NCBI GenBank assembly: GCA_963665235.2
Contig: CAXXLX010000001.1
Location: forward strand, 3,712,001-3,776,000
Length of the DNA stretch: 64,000 bases
Direction: 5' to 3'
From: Candidatus Poribacteria bacterium
GTDB lineage: Bacteria; Poribacteria; WGA-4E; WGA-3G
In this document: piece by piece, positions 19,519-29,207 of the stretch
Numbering within the stretch: position 1 is the stretch's first letter
How the letters are laid out: each line of letters begins with the position of its first letter
Made by a program: the position numbers and the translations under genes
Notes under the pieces: generated by a model
The model's database searches: none
What the model saw: only the letters and a program-made list of their open reading frames with translations
What the model was told of the DNA's origin: nothing

Positions 19519-20346
19519 ATGAATCTTCAAAAGACAAAAAAACTATCAGAAATCTACAACCGGGAAGAGGATTTCTCATCGGATCTCGCCGATAACCTTG
19601 AAGTACTACAGGTCGGAAATTTTGAAGACTCGGAAACTGAAGCCAACGTCGGCACGCGCAGGGCAGATATTGTTGCCGTTGGAACAGATGGGACACTCGT
19701 GGTCGAAAATCAATTCGGCAAAGCAGATTGGGATCATTGGGGCAGACTTGAGGCATACGCGCGCCTGAAAGAAGCCGATGTAGCGGCATTAGTCGCTGAA
19801 AACTTTGAAGAGCTAATGATTGTTACATGCAATCTTCGTAATGAAGATAGCAAGGTTAACTGGTATTTGATTCAAGTAGAAGTAAATTCACACGACGAAC
19901 TTGCTTTTCACCACGTTGCACGCCCAGCAATAGATATCCAAACCGAAAAGAAAGCTGACATTGGATATAGCGAATTCTGGCAGCCGATTCGTCAGGGTGA
20001 ATTCGGGGAACTATTTTCAGGAAAACCTGTACGTATAAGGGACGAAGGTTGGATTCCCAAGAACGTCAGCGGAGTGCAAATGTTTCTTATACTTAACAAT
20101 CACGATTGCTACATTCAGCTGACATTTAAGAGAACCGATAGAGTGGAACACCGGGACAAAGTTATGGAACTATTCCCAAAATCAGAATACAACTACGAGT
20201 ATACAGAAGCAGACAAATCTGTATCAGTTGTATTTCCCCTACTTGACAAAGGTAAGAACAACCGAGAAGATTGGAATGAAATCCGTCAGAAATTAGTCGA
20301 CTTAGGCACCGACATCTACAATAAAATAGATGAATCTGACCTATAG
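19519..20346 (+). CDS. PD-(D/E)XK endonuclease-like domain plus DUF4268-like C-terminal domain
   Basis: EEDFS..LA.NL, EANVG..RADIVA, VVENQFG..D.DH.G; YSEFW opens the C-terminal domain. Confidence 0.7.
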   Translation: MNLQKTKKLSEIYNREEDFSSDLADNLEVLQVGNFEDSETEANVGTRRADIVAVGTDGTLVVENQFGKADWDHWGRLEAYARLKEADVAALVAENFEELMIVTCNLRNEDSKVNWYLIQVEVNSHDELAFHHVARPAIDIQTEKKADIGYSEFWQPIRQGEFGELFSGKPVRIRDEGWIPKNVSGVQMFLILNNHDCYIQLTFKRTDRVEHRDKVMELFPKSEYNYEYTEADKSVSVVFPLLDKGKNNREDWNEIRQKLVDLGTDIYNKIDESDL

Positions 20347-20602
20347 TGGGTTCAGAAATGCCTGATAAAATTTAACTTCCCGAAGGACAACGAAACGAGG
20401 AAAACAAGGCGGCTCTATTATGAAAACATTAAGAAGCAGGCATTTCCGCCCCAACTCTTAGTCCCGTAAGGACCGATATGTTTATAGAAGCAGCGGTTTC
20501 TGCCTCACTCATTCCGCTTTTTTCGGCATGAAAAGTGTTTAGAGCAAACGGATATTTATTATCAAGCTCACGCGTAAGTTACAAAACTATAGGAGTATTA
20601 AA

Positions 20603-21001
20603 ATGAATAACATTGAATATAGCGAATTCTGGCAGCCGATTCGTCAGGGTAAATTCGGGGAACTATTTTCAGCAGAACCTGTACTTATCAAGGAGCGTTG
20701 GATGTCTAAGAGAATCCCTAACCGTGACATCTCAGTTTATCTCTGGCTTAACGCCAAAGACTGTTACGTTCAATTATATTTCAACGGAGAAAACCGCTCG
20801 GAACGCAGAGAGGAAATTTTGGCGTTATTTCCAGAATCAGATTATACTAGGGAACGTAAGAATTCTCCCAAAGAAACAAAAGTCAAATTTCCTGTTCTTG
20901 ACAAAGGTAGGAACAACCGAGAAGATTGGGATGAAATTCGCGAGGCATTAGTCACCATGGGCGCCGACATCTACAACAAAATCAACGAATCTGACCTATA
21001 G
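20603..21001 (+). CDS. Stand-alone DUF4268-like domain, paralog of the C-terminus of 19519-20346
   Basis: YSEFWQPIRQG.FGELFS and FP.LDKG.NNREDW.EIR..LV..G.DIYNKI.ESDL shared; TAGGAG SD. Confidence 0.75.
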   Translation: MNNIEYSEFWQPIRQGKFGELFSAEPVLIKERWMSKRIPNRDISVYLWLNAKDCYVQLYFNGENRSERREEILALFPESDYTRERKNSPKETKVKFPVLDKGRNNREDWDEIREALVTMGADIYNKINESDL

Positions 21002-21040
21002 CAAAACATTTAACGGGAGACCTATCTAGAGGAATTCACA

Positions 21041-22042
21041 ATGGACACAAATTATAACGTAGCAATCATCGGGTGTGGAGGAATTTCCCACATGCATGCC
21101 GCGTGGTATGTGAACGAACCGAGGGCAACCCTAACCGCAGTTGCCGACCTCGACCAGGAACGCCTGAATACATACCAAGAAAGATACGGGGTCGAAAAAC
21201 AGTACACCGATTACATCGAAATGCTCAAAACAGAGGATATCGACCTTGTATCGGTCTGTACACGGCCGAAACTGCATGCCCCGCTCGTCGTTGAAGCGGC
21301 AAAACACGGCATCAAAGGCATACTGTCAGAAAAACCGATGGCGGAAAATCTCGGCCAAGCAAAGGCGATGCTTGACTCCTGTTCACAGCACGGCGTGAAA
21401 TTGGCGATTGACCATCAAGTGCGATTTAGTGCCCCCTATCAGCAGGGACAAAAAATGATTGCGGATGGGGTTATCGGAGACGTTTTCCGCATTCACGGCA
21501 TCTGTGGCGGCGGAGATCTAAAGGATAACGCAACACATACCGTCGATCTGATGCTATATATCTACGGAGACAAACCCATCAGTTGGGTGATAGGTCAGAT
21601 TGAACGTATCGGCACGCCCACCAAATACGATTTGCACTCCGAAAATTTCGCAATCGGATACTTCAAATTTGAGGACAATGCCCGCGGTATTATCGAATCC
21701 GGCAGCGATACCGCCCCTGGATATCATCACATCTACTGCTACGGCACAGAAGGCGAACTGGAACTCGCCGCCCCTGGCGGACCAGGTCTCCGCTACCGTA
21801 ATCAGGCATCCGGCGGCGAATGGGTCACACCCGAACTGCCTTCCGAAATCACGCCTGTAACAGACCTCATTAACGCCATTGAAGAGGATAGAGAACACCG
21901 CTCAAGCGGTTATCAAGGATACGCCACCCTTGAACTGCTCATGGCAATCTACGAGTCATCTCGAAAACGGAGACGTGTTCAGCTGCCTATGGAAGAGATG
22001 GAGTCACCGTTGACACTGATGATTGAGGATGGTTGGGTATAG
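21041..22042 (+). CDS. Gfo/Idh/MocA oxidoreductase
   Basis: AIIGCGGIS, SEKPMA, H.VD motifs. Confidence 0.92.
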   Translation: MDTNYNVAIIGCGGISHMHAAWYVNEPRATLTAVADLDQERLNTYQERYGVEKQYTDYIEMLKTEDIDLVSVCTRPKLHAPLVVEAAKHGIKGILSEKPMAENLGQAKAMLDSCSQHGVKLAIDHQVRFSAPYQQGQKMIADGVIGDVFRIHGICGGGDLKDNATHTVDLMLYIYGDKPISWVIGQIERIGTPTKYDLHSENFAIGYFKFEDNARGIIESGSDTAPGYHHIYCYGTEGELELAAPGGPGLRYRNQASGGEWVTPELPSEITPVTDLINAIEEDREHRSSGYQGYATLELLMAIYESSRKRRRVQLPMEEMESPLTLMIEDGWV

Positions 22043-22053
22043 GAGAAAAGTAG

Positions 22054-22668
22054 ATGAACTTCGATTCCACCAGCACAATATTTCTGATCGGATTTCCGAT
22101 TCTGTTCGGGATTATGGCACTCTTTTTCTTGGTAATTGGGTTGCGCGGCATTTTAACCAAACGCCCTTTCTTAGTGTCAAATAGATGGCTGCTTCTGATA
22201 ATGTTTGCAATATTCGTACCGCTCACCTTACAGACGTTGTTTTTTCCGCCACCCGGTTCATTTCTCGTCAAGTGGTTAAACCCAAGCATATTCATAGTTG
22301 TGCTTGTCATGATGTGTTTTGCATTGAGAGGATATGTCGCTTATGGCGTTACGGATACGTCATTTCGTGACGGACTGCTGGCAGGACTCCAAAAACTACA
22401 ATTACCTTACGAGGAAAGCCTTTCCATCGTTCGGCTTCCATCTGTTGAGGCTGACTTACAGGTGTCCGTGCAGGCTTGGATGGGTGCCGGACAGATTAAG
22501 GTCAAACAACGCGGACACGGTTCGCTGCTAGCAGAAATTATCAGTGAAATGAACGAACATTTCCGCATGTCGTCTACGCCTGCAAACCTGACTACCTGTA
22601 TTTTCTTTGTGATTATGGGAGTGATTATGATTACTGCTGGAATTGGAACGGTGCTGCTATTCCAATGA
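22054..22668 (+). CDS. Hypothetical membrane protein
   Basis: About four TM segments; AGGAG SD. Confidence 0.7.
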   Translation: MNFDSTSTIFLIGFPILFGIMALFFLVIGLRGILTKRPFLVSNRWLLLIMFAIFVPLTLQTLFFPPPGSFLVKWLNPSIFIVVLVMMCFALRGYVAYGVTDTSFRDGLLAGLQKLQLPYEESLSIVRLPSVEADLQVSVQAWMGAGQIKVKQRGHGSLLAEIISEMNEHFRMSSTPANLTTCIFFVIMGVIMITAGIGTVLLFQ

Positions 22669-22724
22669 GAGCAGCAAAGACCGCTCTATTCTTAATCCGC
22701 TACGATAAGCTTGGGACATAACAG

Positions 22725-24539
22725 ATGATTTCTGAGTACTTGAACGAAAAAAACCGCGCTATCCTCATAAAAGTCATCCTATTTTGCATTCTGATTACTG
22801 CGGGAGCGTTGGTCCTACGAAACCTTGGGCACAGCAAAATCACCTATTGGGATGAAGGTTTCCATGCGATTGTTGCTCGGAATTTGACGAAACATCCGTT
22901 GAAGTTCACCCTCTATGATCAGCCGTGGCTTTCATACAATTATAAAAGTTGGGGGGATAATCATATATGGTTACACAAACCGCCTGTCGCCATGTGGGAA
23001 ATCTGTCTTTCTCACTTCATTTTCGGCATCAACGCCTTCGCGCTCCGGTTGCCATCTGCTATCAGTCTTATTTTGGTGGCCTGGTTGACATATAGAATCA
23101 CTTCCACGCTTTTCGATAAACGTGCTGGACTTATCGCGGCATTCCTTCAGGCGTTCAATCCGTTTCTCTTTGAATCTGTTCACGGCTATCGCTATTCGGA
23201 CCACATTGACATAGCACTGCTTCTCTGGGTGACAGTTTCGTGTTGGTTTCTGCTTCGTGGGATTCAGTCAGGGAAACGGCGAAATTACATCTTATCCGGT
23301 GTCGCCATGGGAATAGCCTATCTCTCAAAAAGCTATCTGGCACTGATAACTTTCGGCATAGCGTTTGTCGTTTGGTTTGTTGCATGGTACAAACGGAGAC
23401 TGCATCCCGTAAGCGTCACTACAGAGGAGGAAGCCGCCCCACGCTCTGATGGCGAAAAGATGCGAATTCGGCTCAGCGATGTGCTCCTACAACTCCTCGT
23501 CGGCATTGGAACGGTCGCCCCGTGGACACTCTACTGTTTGATAAAACACCCGAAGGAATTTTTATGGGAACATAAACGTGTTATCGACCATCTCAATACG
23601 GATGTTGAAAGTTGGGCAGCATCGTGGGACCGGCCGCTCTTTGACTATATGACGTTGTTCTACCCGCTTTTTTACGCCGCACTCTTTGCAATCGTGTTGT
23701 GTCTGCTGATAGTGATGTTCAGACGTTGGCGGTTACCCGAGCTTTTCATATTAGCGTGGGCAATCGGTGTGATTGTTCCGCACACACTTGCACAGACGAA
23801 AACGCCATCGGCGACGATGATAGCTGTTCCACCCCTACTTATATGTCTCGCAGCAGTCATAAGTCAGGCCTGGCAAAGACGCGATTGGCTTTACACAGCG
23901 ATTTGGGGGGCAGCAATGCTTGCAATTTTTATCATCCCTGGCGGGCAAACGCTAGTCCGGGGGCGGGACCAATTTGATGGAGCGGATATATTCCTGCCTT
24001 TCGTTCGGACAAACTTCTGGATTATTGAGCAGCTCCTCGGATTTGCCGTGTTGCTGGCACTGTTCGCTGGAATGTCCTACCTAATACGCAAAAGAGCTTG
24101 GCAGAAATGGATATGGCTTACAGTTCGCATAGCTGCCCTATCACTCGCTCTATTTTACGCGGGACATTACGTAAATGCAGCATACAGGGTCACATCGCGA
24201 AATCTGCAAATTCCGTTATATGTCCAAAGTGGGGAACGTATCCAACGTGAGCTCCCTGAAAATGCCTGCTTTTTCCTTGACGATGAACGGAGGGGCTCAC
24301 ATTTCGATTTGATGTACTACGCCGATAGGTCTACGTATCCTATCTATCACAGCGGCATGGCTGCCCCGCGAGACCTGCCACGCGACGCAAGCGCAGCACG
24401 CGCAGCAGGAGCAATTCCCTACATCTTCTCTATCAAAGAGACGCAATACGATTACCCACTGCTGATTGAAGCGGAGGTAGATATAGGAGATGGCAAAAAA
24501 CAGTGGTATCGAATCTTTGAAATCACAGAAACAGAATGA
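22725..24539 (+). CDS. ArnT/PMT-like GT-C glycosyltransferase (GT39/83-like)
   Basis: WDEGFHA, HKPPV..W, FALRLPSA, LAYLSK; many TM helices. Confidence 0.85.
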   Translation: MISEYLNEKNRAILIKVILFCILITAGALVLRNLGHSKITYWDEGFHAIVARNLTKHPLKFTLYDQPWLSYNYKSWGDNHIWLHKPPVAMWEICLSHFIFGINAFALRLPSAISLILVAWLTYRITSTLFDKRAGLIAAFLQAFNPFLFESVHGYRYSDHIDIALLLWVTVSCWFLLRGIQSGKRRNYILSGVAMGIAYLSKSYLALITFGIAFVVWFVAWYKRRLHPVSVTTEEEAAPRSDGEKMRIRLSDVLLQLLVGIGTVAPWTLYCLIKHPKEFLWEHKRVIDHLNTDVESWAASWDRPLFDYMTLFYPLFYAALFAIVLCLLIVMFRRWRLPELFILAWAIGVIVPHTLAQTKTPSATMIAVPPLLICLAAVISQAWQRRDWLYTAIWGAAMLAIFIIPGGQTLVRGRDQFDGADIFLPFVRTNFWIIEQLLGFAVLLALFAGMSYLIRKRAWQKWIWLTVRIAALSLALFYAGHYVNAAYRVTSRNLQIPLYVQSGERIQRELPENACFFLDDERRGSHFDLMYYADRSTYPIYHSGMAAPRDLPRDASAARAAGAIPYIFSIKETQYDYPLLIEAEVDIGDGKKQWYRIFEITETE

Positions 24540-24545
24540 CAGGTG

Positions 24546-24864
24546 TTTATAGAGAACGTGATGGTTGTGAAAACTAACCCCGTAGGGGTGCTATCTTTAT
24601 AGAGAACGTGATGATTGTGAAAACTAACCCCGTAGGGGTGCCATCTTTATAGAGGACGTGATGATTGTGAAAACTAACCCCGTAGGGGTGCCATCTTTAT
24701 AGAGGACGTGATGGTTGTGAAAACTAACCCCGTAGGGGTGCTATCTTTATAGAGGACGTGATGGTTGTGAAAACTAACCCCGTAGGGGTGCTATCTTTAT
24801 AGAGACGTGATGATTGTGAAAACTAACCCCGTAGGGGTGCTATCTTTATAGAGAACGTGATGGT
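24546..24864 (+). repeat. Tandem array of six ~50-bp hairpin-TTTATAG units plus a partial unit
   Basis: Unit TTTATAGAG(A/G)ACGTGAT(G/A/T)GTTGTGAAAACTAACCCCGTAGGGGTGC(T/C)ATC-like; period 50 bp (one 49 bp). Confidence 0.95.
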
Positions 24865-24990
24865 TATTGGCTATTGAAAACCGTTGGAAACCATTAGCAA
24901 GAGAAAGAAAACAAAGAGGAAGAGCCATCTTATATTTCTTGCCAATTGTGCGCCAATCCCCAATCGCTAATCGCCAATGAGCTATTTGCC
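24865..24990. repeat. TAGCAAGA...TCTTGCCAA element embedded in 7-10-bp short repeats
   Basis: Related copies at ~33797-33870, 41289-41331, 52553-52640, 53337-53430 and 54375-54510. Confidence 0.65.
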
Positions 24991-25010
24991 AAAAAAGGAT
25001 ACACCGGAAT

Positions 25011-27152
25011 ATGTTAGAGCCAAATAATTTTACCACTTGGGCATTACCGCCCGATGCCTTGGCACGATTCGGAAAAGGACAAGTGCTTGACTTAGCTGTC
25101 TCCTCGGATGGTAAATATCTTGCCGTTGGAAGTTGGGCCGGCGCGTGGTGGTATGAACTCTCCACAGGCACCCCCCTTACGTTGTGTGAAACAGAGCGAG
25201 GTATGATTGACTGTATTGCCCTTTGCCCTGCTGAGAAACCGTGGTTGGCTATTTCGAACTCCGATAGGCATGGGGCACCGGTAGTCAAAGTGTGGGATGT
25301 GCAAACAGGTGAATGTGTATCTGTTCTCGCTCCGTTGCCGAAACCGATTTGCGATTTCCTCTGTTTTTCGTCGTCATCAGGTGAATGGGTTGCTGCAGTC
25401 GCAGAAGAACTTAATACCGAGTTTTCTATCTATATTTGGAACGCGGCGACTGGCACACTACACGCTGAGTTGAATCTTCCGATTGCTGACATTCCATCGC
25501 ACTCGTACGACGATTTGCTCTACTTTGCTACTATCGGTGCTGTGGCGTTTTCACCCAACAATCGCCTGCTTGCCGGTATTCCTAGCTCCCGTGCACTTGA
25601 TAACGCTGAACGCGTTAGTTTCATTTCTGTATGGGATACAACGGTCCAGGAACACATCAGTCTTCTCACAGACGATACGGAAGTTTTGCACTCCTTATGT
25701 TTTTCACCTACCGGACAGCTCCTCGCTACCGGGGGTGCTAAAGGGAGTGTCAAGGTATGGGATGTCTCTACTTGGCAGCTGCATCAGACATATCCATCAC
25801 GTGGGGATTATCTGATGAATGTTTCCTACGCCTCCGATGGTACACTGCGCGTAATGGGTGTCTCTCATGATGAATGCACGGTCACTGTATGGGATGTAGA
25901 ACAGCAAAAGGAGCTTTCCACTTTTCAAGGAAAAATCTATTTTGATGGCGAAATTCAGCCCACTCATTTTTCCAGCGGCGCTCATCTCGCCTTAAAAATT
26001 GATTCTGAAGTGCAGGTCAAATCGGTAAGTGCCAACGGCAAGCTTTTCACACTGCCTTGGGACCTCGGTTATCCACATTCGCTCACATTCTCGGCGGATG
26101 GAAAGACGCTCGCCTGTGGTTATCGCAACTTTGGGGGTGTCATGTTATATGATAGGACAACCCATCATTCGCAACAGATAGCCGTTGAACCGATGTGTGA
26201 AACTCATGCCGTTTTTTCAGATGCTACATCGGGAAAACTCTATACGACCGGGTTTCCGCCAACCTCCAGTGAGTATTGGGGAGACACCCTCACGTTGTGG
26301 GAAATTGGACAAAGTGAACCGATAGCTGAATTGCCTCCTCCTGTCGAGCATCCGGAAAAGTTTGGTCGGTATAGCATGGCATATTCGCCCATAACAAACC
26401 TTCTTGCTTGCGGAAATGAAACGAATGCTGAGGACTTGCCTGAAAATGACCCTGAAAACGGCGCGGTTTATGTATGGGATGTCGCCCGGGGACAGATGCA
26501 GCACATATTCAGAGGCAAACATACGGATTCTGTCGGGTTTGTGAGGTTCAGTCCGGATGGCACACGCCTTATCAGTAGAGATACTGATGGCACAGATCGG
26601 GTGTGGGACGTAACGTGCAGTGAAGAGATAGTCGAATTTCCTGAAAATTTTATGAAGCATGGAGTTTTTGACTACGCTCGTTATGAAGCTGAATATGAAG
26701 CGTTAGCAGAACGCTTTGAAGAGGTATACTTTTTATCTGGTTTCAGACCTCAGGTGTTTTCTTCGTGTGGAAATCTCATTGCGGGTGCATTTTCTGATGA
26801 CAAGATATTAGTGTGGGATATTGAGCGGTGTGAAGCACGCGTGACAATACACAAACCTCTGACAGTGTCAAGGCCTCCTTCGGTGGATCCGATAGAGCTT
26901 TCCCCTTGTGGTCGGTATTTAGCTTACGGTGAAGTTTGGGAAGAGGGTGTAAAGAAAGTTCCTGTTCGGTTGTGGGACATCAGCACCGGTGAAAACATCG
27001 CCACCTTTCGGGGGCATCCGACAGATATTCAGTGCCTTGCGTTTTCACCGGACAGCACAGTTTTAGCAAGCGGTAGTTTCGATGGCACTATTCTGCTCTG
27101 GGATTTGACACCTTATCTATCTCATCACGGATGCAATACGGGAACATTGTAA
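25011..27152 (+). CDS. WD40-repeat protein
   Basis: LPPDALARFGKG N-terminus; repeated FSP.G..LA.G...VWD; GHPTDIQCLAFSPD..LASGSFDGTILLWD. Confidence 0.9.
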   Translation: MLEPNNFTTWALPPDALARFGKGQVLDLAVSSDGKYLAVGSWAGAWWYELSTGTPLTLCETERGMIDCIALCPAEKPWLAISNSDRHGAPVVKVWDVQTGECVSVLAPLPKPICDFLCFSSSSGEWVAAVAEELNTEFSIYIWNAATGTLHAELNLPIADIPSHSYDDLLYFATIGAVAFSPNNRLLAGIPSSRALDNAERVSFISVWDTTVQEHISLLTDDTEVLHSLCFSPTGQLLATGGAKGSVKVWDVSTWQLHQTYPSRGDYLMNVSYASDGTLRVMGVSHDECTVTVWDVEQQKELSTFQGKIYFDGEIQPTHFSSGAHLALKIDSEVQVKSVSANGKLFTLPWDLGYPHSLTFSADGKTLACGYRNFGGVMLYDRTTHHSQQIAVEPMCETHAVFSDATSGKLYTTGFPPTSSEYWGDTLTLWEIGQSEPIAELPPPVEHPEKFGRYSMAYSPITNLLACGNETNAEDLPENDPENGAVYVWDVARGQMQHIFRGKHTDSVGFVRFSPDGTRLISRDTDGTDRVWDVTCSEEIVEFPENFMKHGVFDYARYEAEYEALAERFEEVYFLSGFRPQVFSSCGNLIAGAFSDDKILVWDIERCEARVTIHKPLTVSRPPSVDPIELSPCGRYLAYGEVWEEGVKKVPVRLWDISTGENIATFRGHPTDIQCLAFSPDSTVLASGSFDGTILLWDLTPYLSHHGCNTGTL

Positions 27153-27226
27153 ACAGGAACGGCTAACGGACGTGGCGTTTCAACATCCGCATTCCATAAA
27201 AATTCAGCATTTTTTCATAAAAAAAA

Positions 27227-27255
27227 TTGACATTTCTCGAAAATTAAGGTATACT
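27227..27255 (+). promoter_or_regulatory. Promoter upstream of higA-like gene, reading into the IsrB element
   Basis: TTGACA, 17 bp spacer, TATACT. Confidence 0.65.
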
Positions 27256-27469
27256 TGATATGTCAACTGGGGATGTAACGATGGCGTGTCCATACTACTA
27301 TATAATCTCAGCGAGTTAACCACTAAGGTGATAATTATGGAGATTAAACCAATCAAAACTCAAGCAGACTATGAAGCTGCACTGAAGGAAATAGAACGAC
27401 TTTGGGGGACGAGCCACGGGTCGCCAGAAGGGGATAAACTTGATGTGCTTGTTACACTAGTAGAGGCTT

Positions 27470-27675
27470 GTAAAGATCACCCAGCTAAAGCTTGGGTGCT
27501 TTGACAAAGCGTAGCCACACACGTTCCCTGTCAAGGATTAAGTTCTTCACTACAGTAATATATCGGGTATTCTGAGCGTGGCAGCTCATAAGATGTCTCG
27601 GATGCTCCCCAAGTCCGACCCCTCTCTGAATACCTGATCTGGATGGGGAAATATACAACCCGAAAGGGAGATTAC
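27470..27675 (+). ncRNA. omegaRNA scaffold (HEARO-like); guide supplied by the 5' flank
   Basis: Non-coding 210 nt before isrB; GGATGCTCCCCAAGTCC...CCCTCT with downstream GGGGA complement and a CCCGAAAGGG hairpin, typical of IscB/IsrB omegaRNAs. Confidence 0.75.
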
Positions 27676-27680
27676 AAACT

Positions 27681-28709
27681 ATGTTTGTTCCGGTTCAAAG
27701 CAAGTCTGGCAATCCATTAATGCCGACAGATTCTAACAAAGCAGGCGTGCTAATCAAAAAAGGATTGGCAACGCCATATTGGCGTAACGGTATCTTTTGT
27801 ATTCGGCTAAACTACGAGACAAAAGAACACACACAGAAAATCTGTGTAGGCGTGGATCCTGGTTCCAAGAAAGAAGGCTTCACGGTGAAGTCTGAGGCTC
27901 ACACATATCTGAATGTGCAAGCCGATGCACATAACAAAGTTGGAAAAAAAGTTAAAAGAAGACGTATCTTGAGACGGGGTCGTAGAACCCGGAAGTGTCC
28001 AAACCGGAAGCATCGAACAAATCGAGCAGCGAAGAAAGAACGTCTTCCGGCAGGCACACGTGCCCGTTGGGATTGGAAACTTCGGATATTAGATTGGTTG
28101 TCTAAACTCTATCCTGTTACACACGTCTGTGTTGAGGACATCAAAGCACGGACTATTGAACATGCTAAGAAATGGAACACAGCTTTTAGTCCGCTTGAGG
28201 TGGGCAAGACATGGTTTTATGGTGAAATAGAAAAGCGGTGGGAACTGCTAACCCTTCAAGGGTGGCAGACAAAACAGCTGCGCGACAGGCTCGGTTTGAA
28301 AAAGTCATCTCAAAAGTTGGCAGCGACTTTTGAGGCACATTGTGTTGACGCGTGGTGTTTAGCCTACCATACCGTGGGGGGGGATGCGGAAACCGTGGAC
28401 AATACAGATATATTCTGCATTTCACCGATACCCATACGCAGGCGGGAACTGCATCGGCAGAACCCACAAACCGGGGGAAACAGACCCCGCTATGGGGGGA
28501 CTGTGCTAACGGATACACTTATCAAAAACACACTGATCAAACATGGTAAGCATGGTATCACACGCCTTGCGGGTATTAATGCGAAAGGGGTGTTTTCTAT
28601 CTATAGCTTAGAAGGCGAACGCCTCACAACAAGTGCGAAACGCACAGATTTTCAAGTCCTAACACGCTTGAACTTCAACTACAAAGGCGGATTTTCCTCC
28701 CCCGCATAA
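27681..28709 (+). CDS. isrB: IsrB RNA-guided nickase (PLMP/RRXRR, split RuvC, no HNH)
   Basis: PLMP; RuvC-I VGVDPG; Arg-rich bridge helix RRRILRRGRR; RuvC-II VEDI; RuvC-III HCVDA; 342 aa with no HNH/CxxC insert. Confidence 0.88.
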   Translation: MFVPVQSKSGNPLMPTDSNKAGVLIKKGLATPYWRNGIFCIRLNYETKEHTQKICVGVDPGSKKEGFTVKSEAHTYLNVQADAHNKVGKKVKRRRILRRGRRTRKCPNRKHRTNRAAKKERLPAGTRARWDWKLRILDWLSKLYPVTHVCVEDIKARTIEHAKKWNTAFSPLEVGKTWFYGEIEKRWELLTLQGWQTKQLRDRLGLKKSSQKLAATFEAHCVDAWCLAYHTVGGDAETVDNTDIFCISPIPIRRRELHRQNPQTGGNRPRYGGTVLTDTLIKNTLIKHGKHGITRLAGINAKGVFSIYSLEGERLTTSAKRTDFQVLTRLNFNYKGGFSSPA

Positions 28710-29059
28710 ATGCTGGGGGTTTCCAATCCGAAGAACTTGATGAAGAGGAACATTATCCGATTCCACCGCCAGACCCTATTGAAGCAATCCTTCACTACAT
28801 GGAAAACCAAGGGTTATCTGAAGATGACCTCGAACCCTATCTCGGTTCGTGTCCTTACGTATTAGAAGTCCTGAATCGGCAACGCAGCTTGTCTCTGGAC
28901 ATGATTCGGAAATTGCACAAAGCACTCGGAATTCCAGATGATATCTTGGTTCAACCTTATGCATTACGAACGAATTCATGAAAAATTTCGGTTTTCATTA
29001 GAATTAGTTTCAACAACATTTCCACTTTGTAGGAATTTGTTATCAAAACTAGCTATATT

Positions 29060-29202
29060 AACGCAAGTTGCCATATAGTAGCACAAACTTCCTAGTTTGT
29101 GCCATAAGGGTGTAAACTAAAAGTTCACGCTACAATTAGCAGCAGTTTTTCACTAAAAGCGGCGTTCCCAAGTCTAAAAACTTATAGGTAGCAACTTGGG
29201 TT
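29060..29202. mobile_element. MITE, AACCCAAGTTGC-TIR family, 5-bp TSD ATATT
   Basis: Ends AACGCAAGTTGC / GCAACTTGGGTT; ATATT at 29055-29059 and 29203-29207; reverse complement aligns with 482-635. Confidence 0.85.
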
Positions 29203-29207
29203 ATATT

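Larger units (their letters stand above)
27470..28739 (+). mobile_element. Non-autonomous IS200/IS605-family element carrying omegaRNA and isrB
   Basis: No TSD; left hairpin CACCCAGCTAAAGCTTGGGTG; right hairpin CCCCCGCATAAATGCTGGGGG; no tnpA; precise split of the host gene. Confidence 0.9.
27337..28981 (+). pseudogene. higA: HigA-like HTH antitoxin interrupted by the IsrB element
   Basis: Joining 27469 to 28740 gives ..KLDVLVTLVEAYEEEHYPIPPPDPIEAILHYMENQGLS..LSLDMIRKLHKALGIP, an intact HigA-type sequence. Confidence 0.9.

Noticed and set aside
27286-27504. Separate 72-aa and 60-aa (28799-28981) genes
   Set aside because: They are the two halves of the interrupted higA
27681-28709. IscB or Cas9 call
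   Set aside because: No HNH domain between RuvC-II and RuvC-III; size fits IsrB
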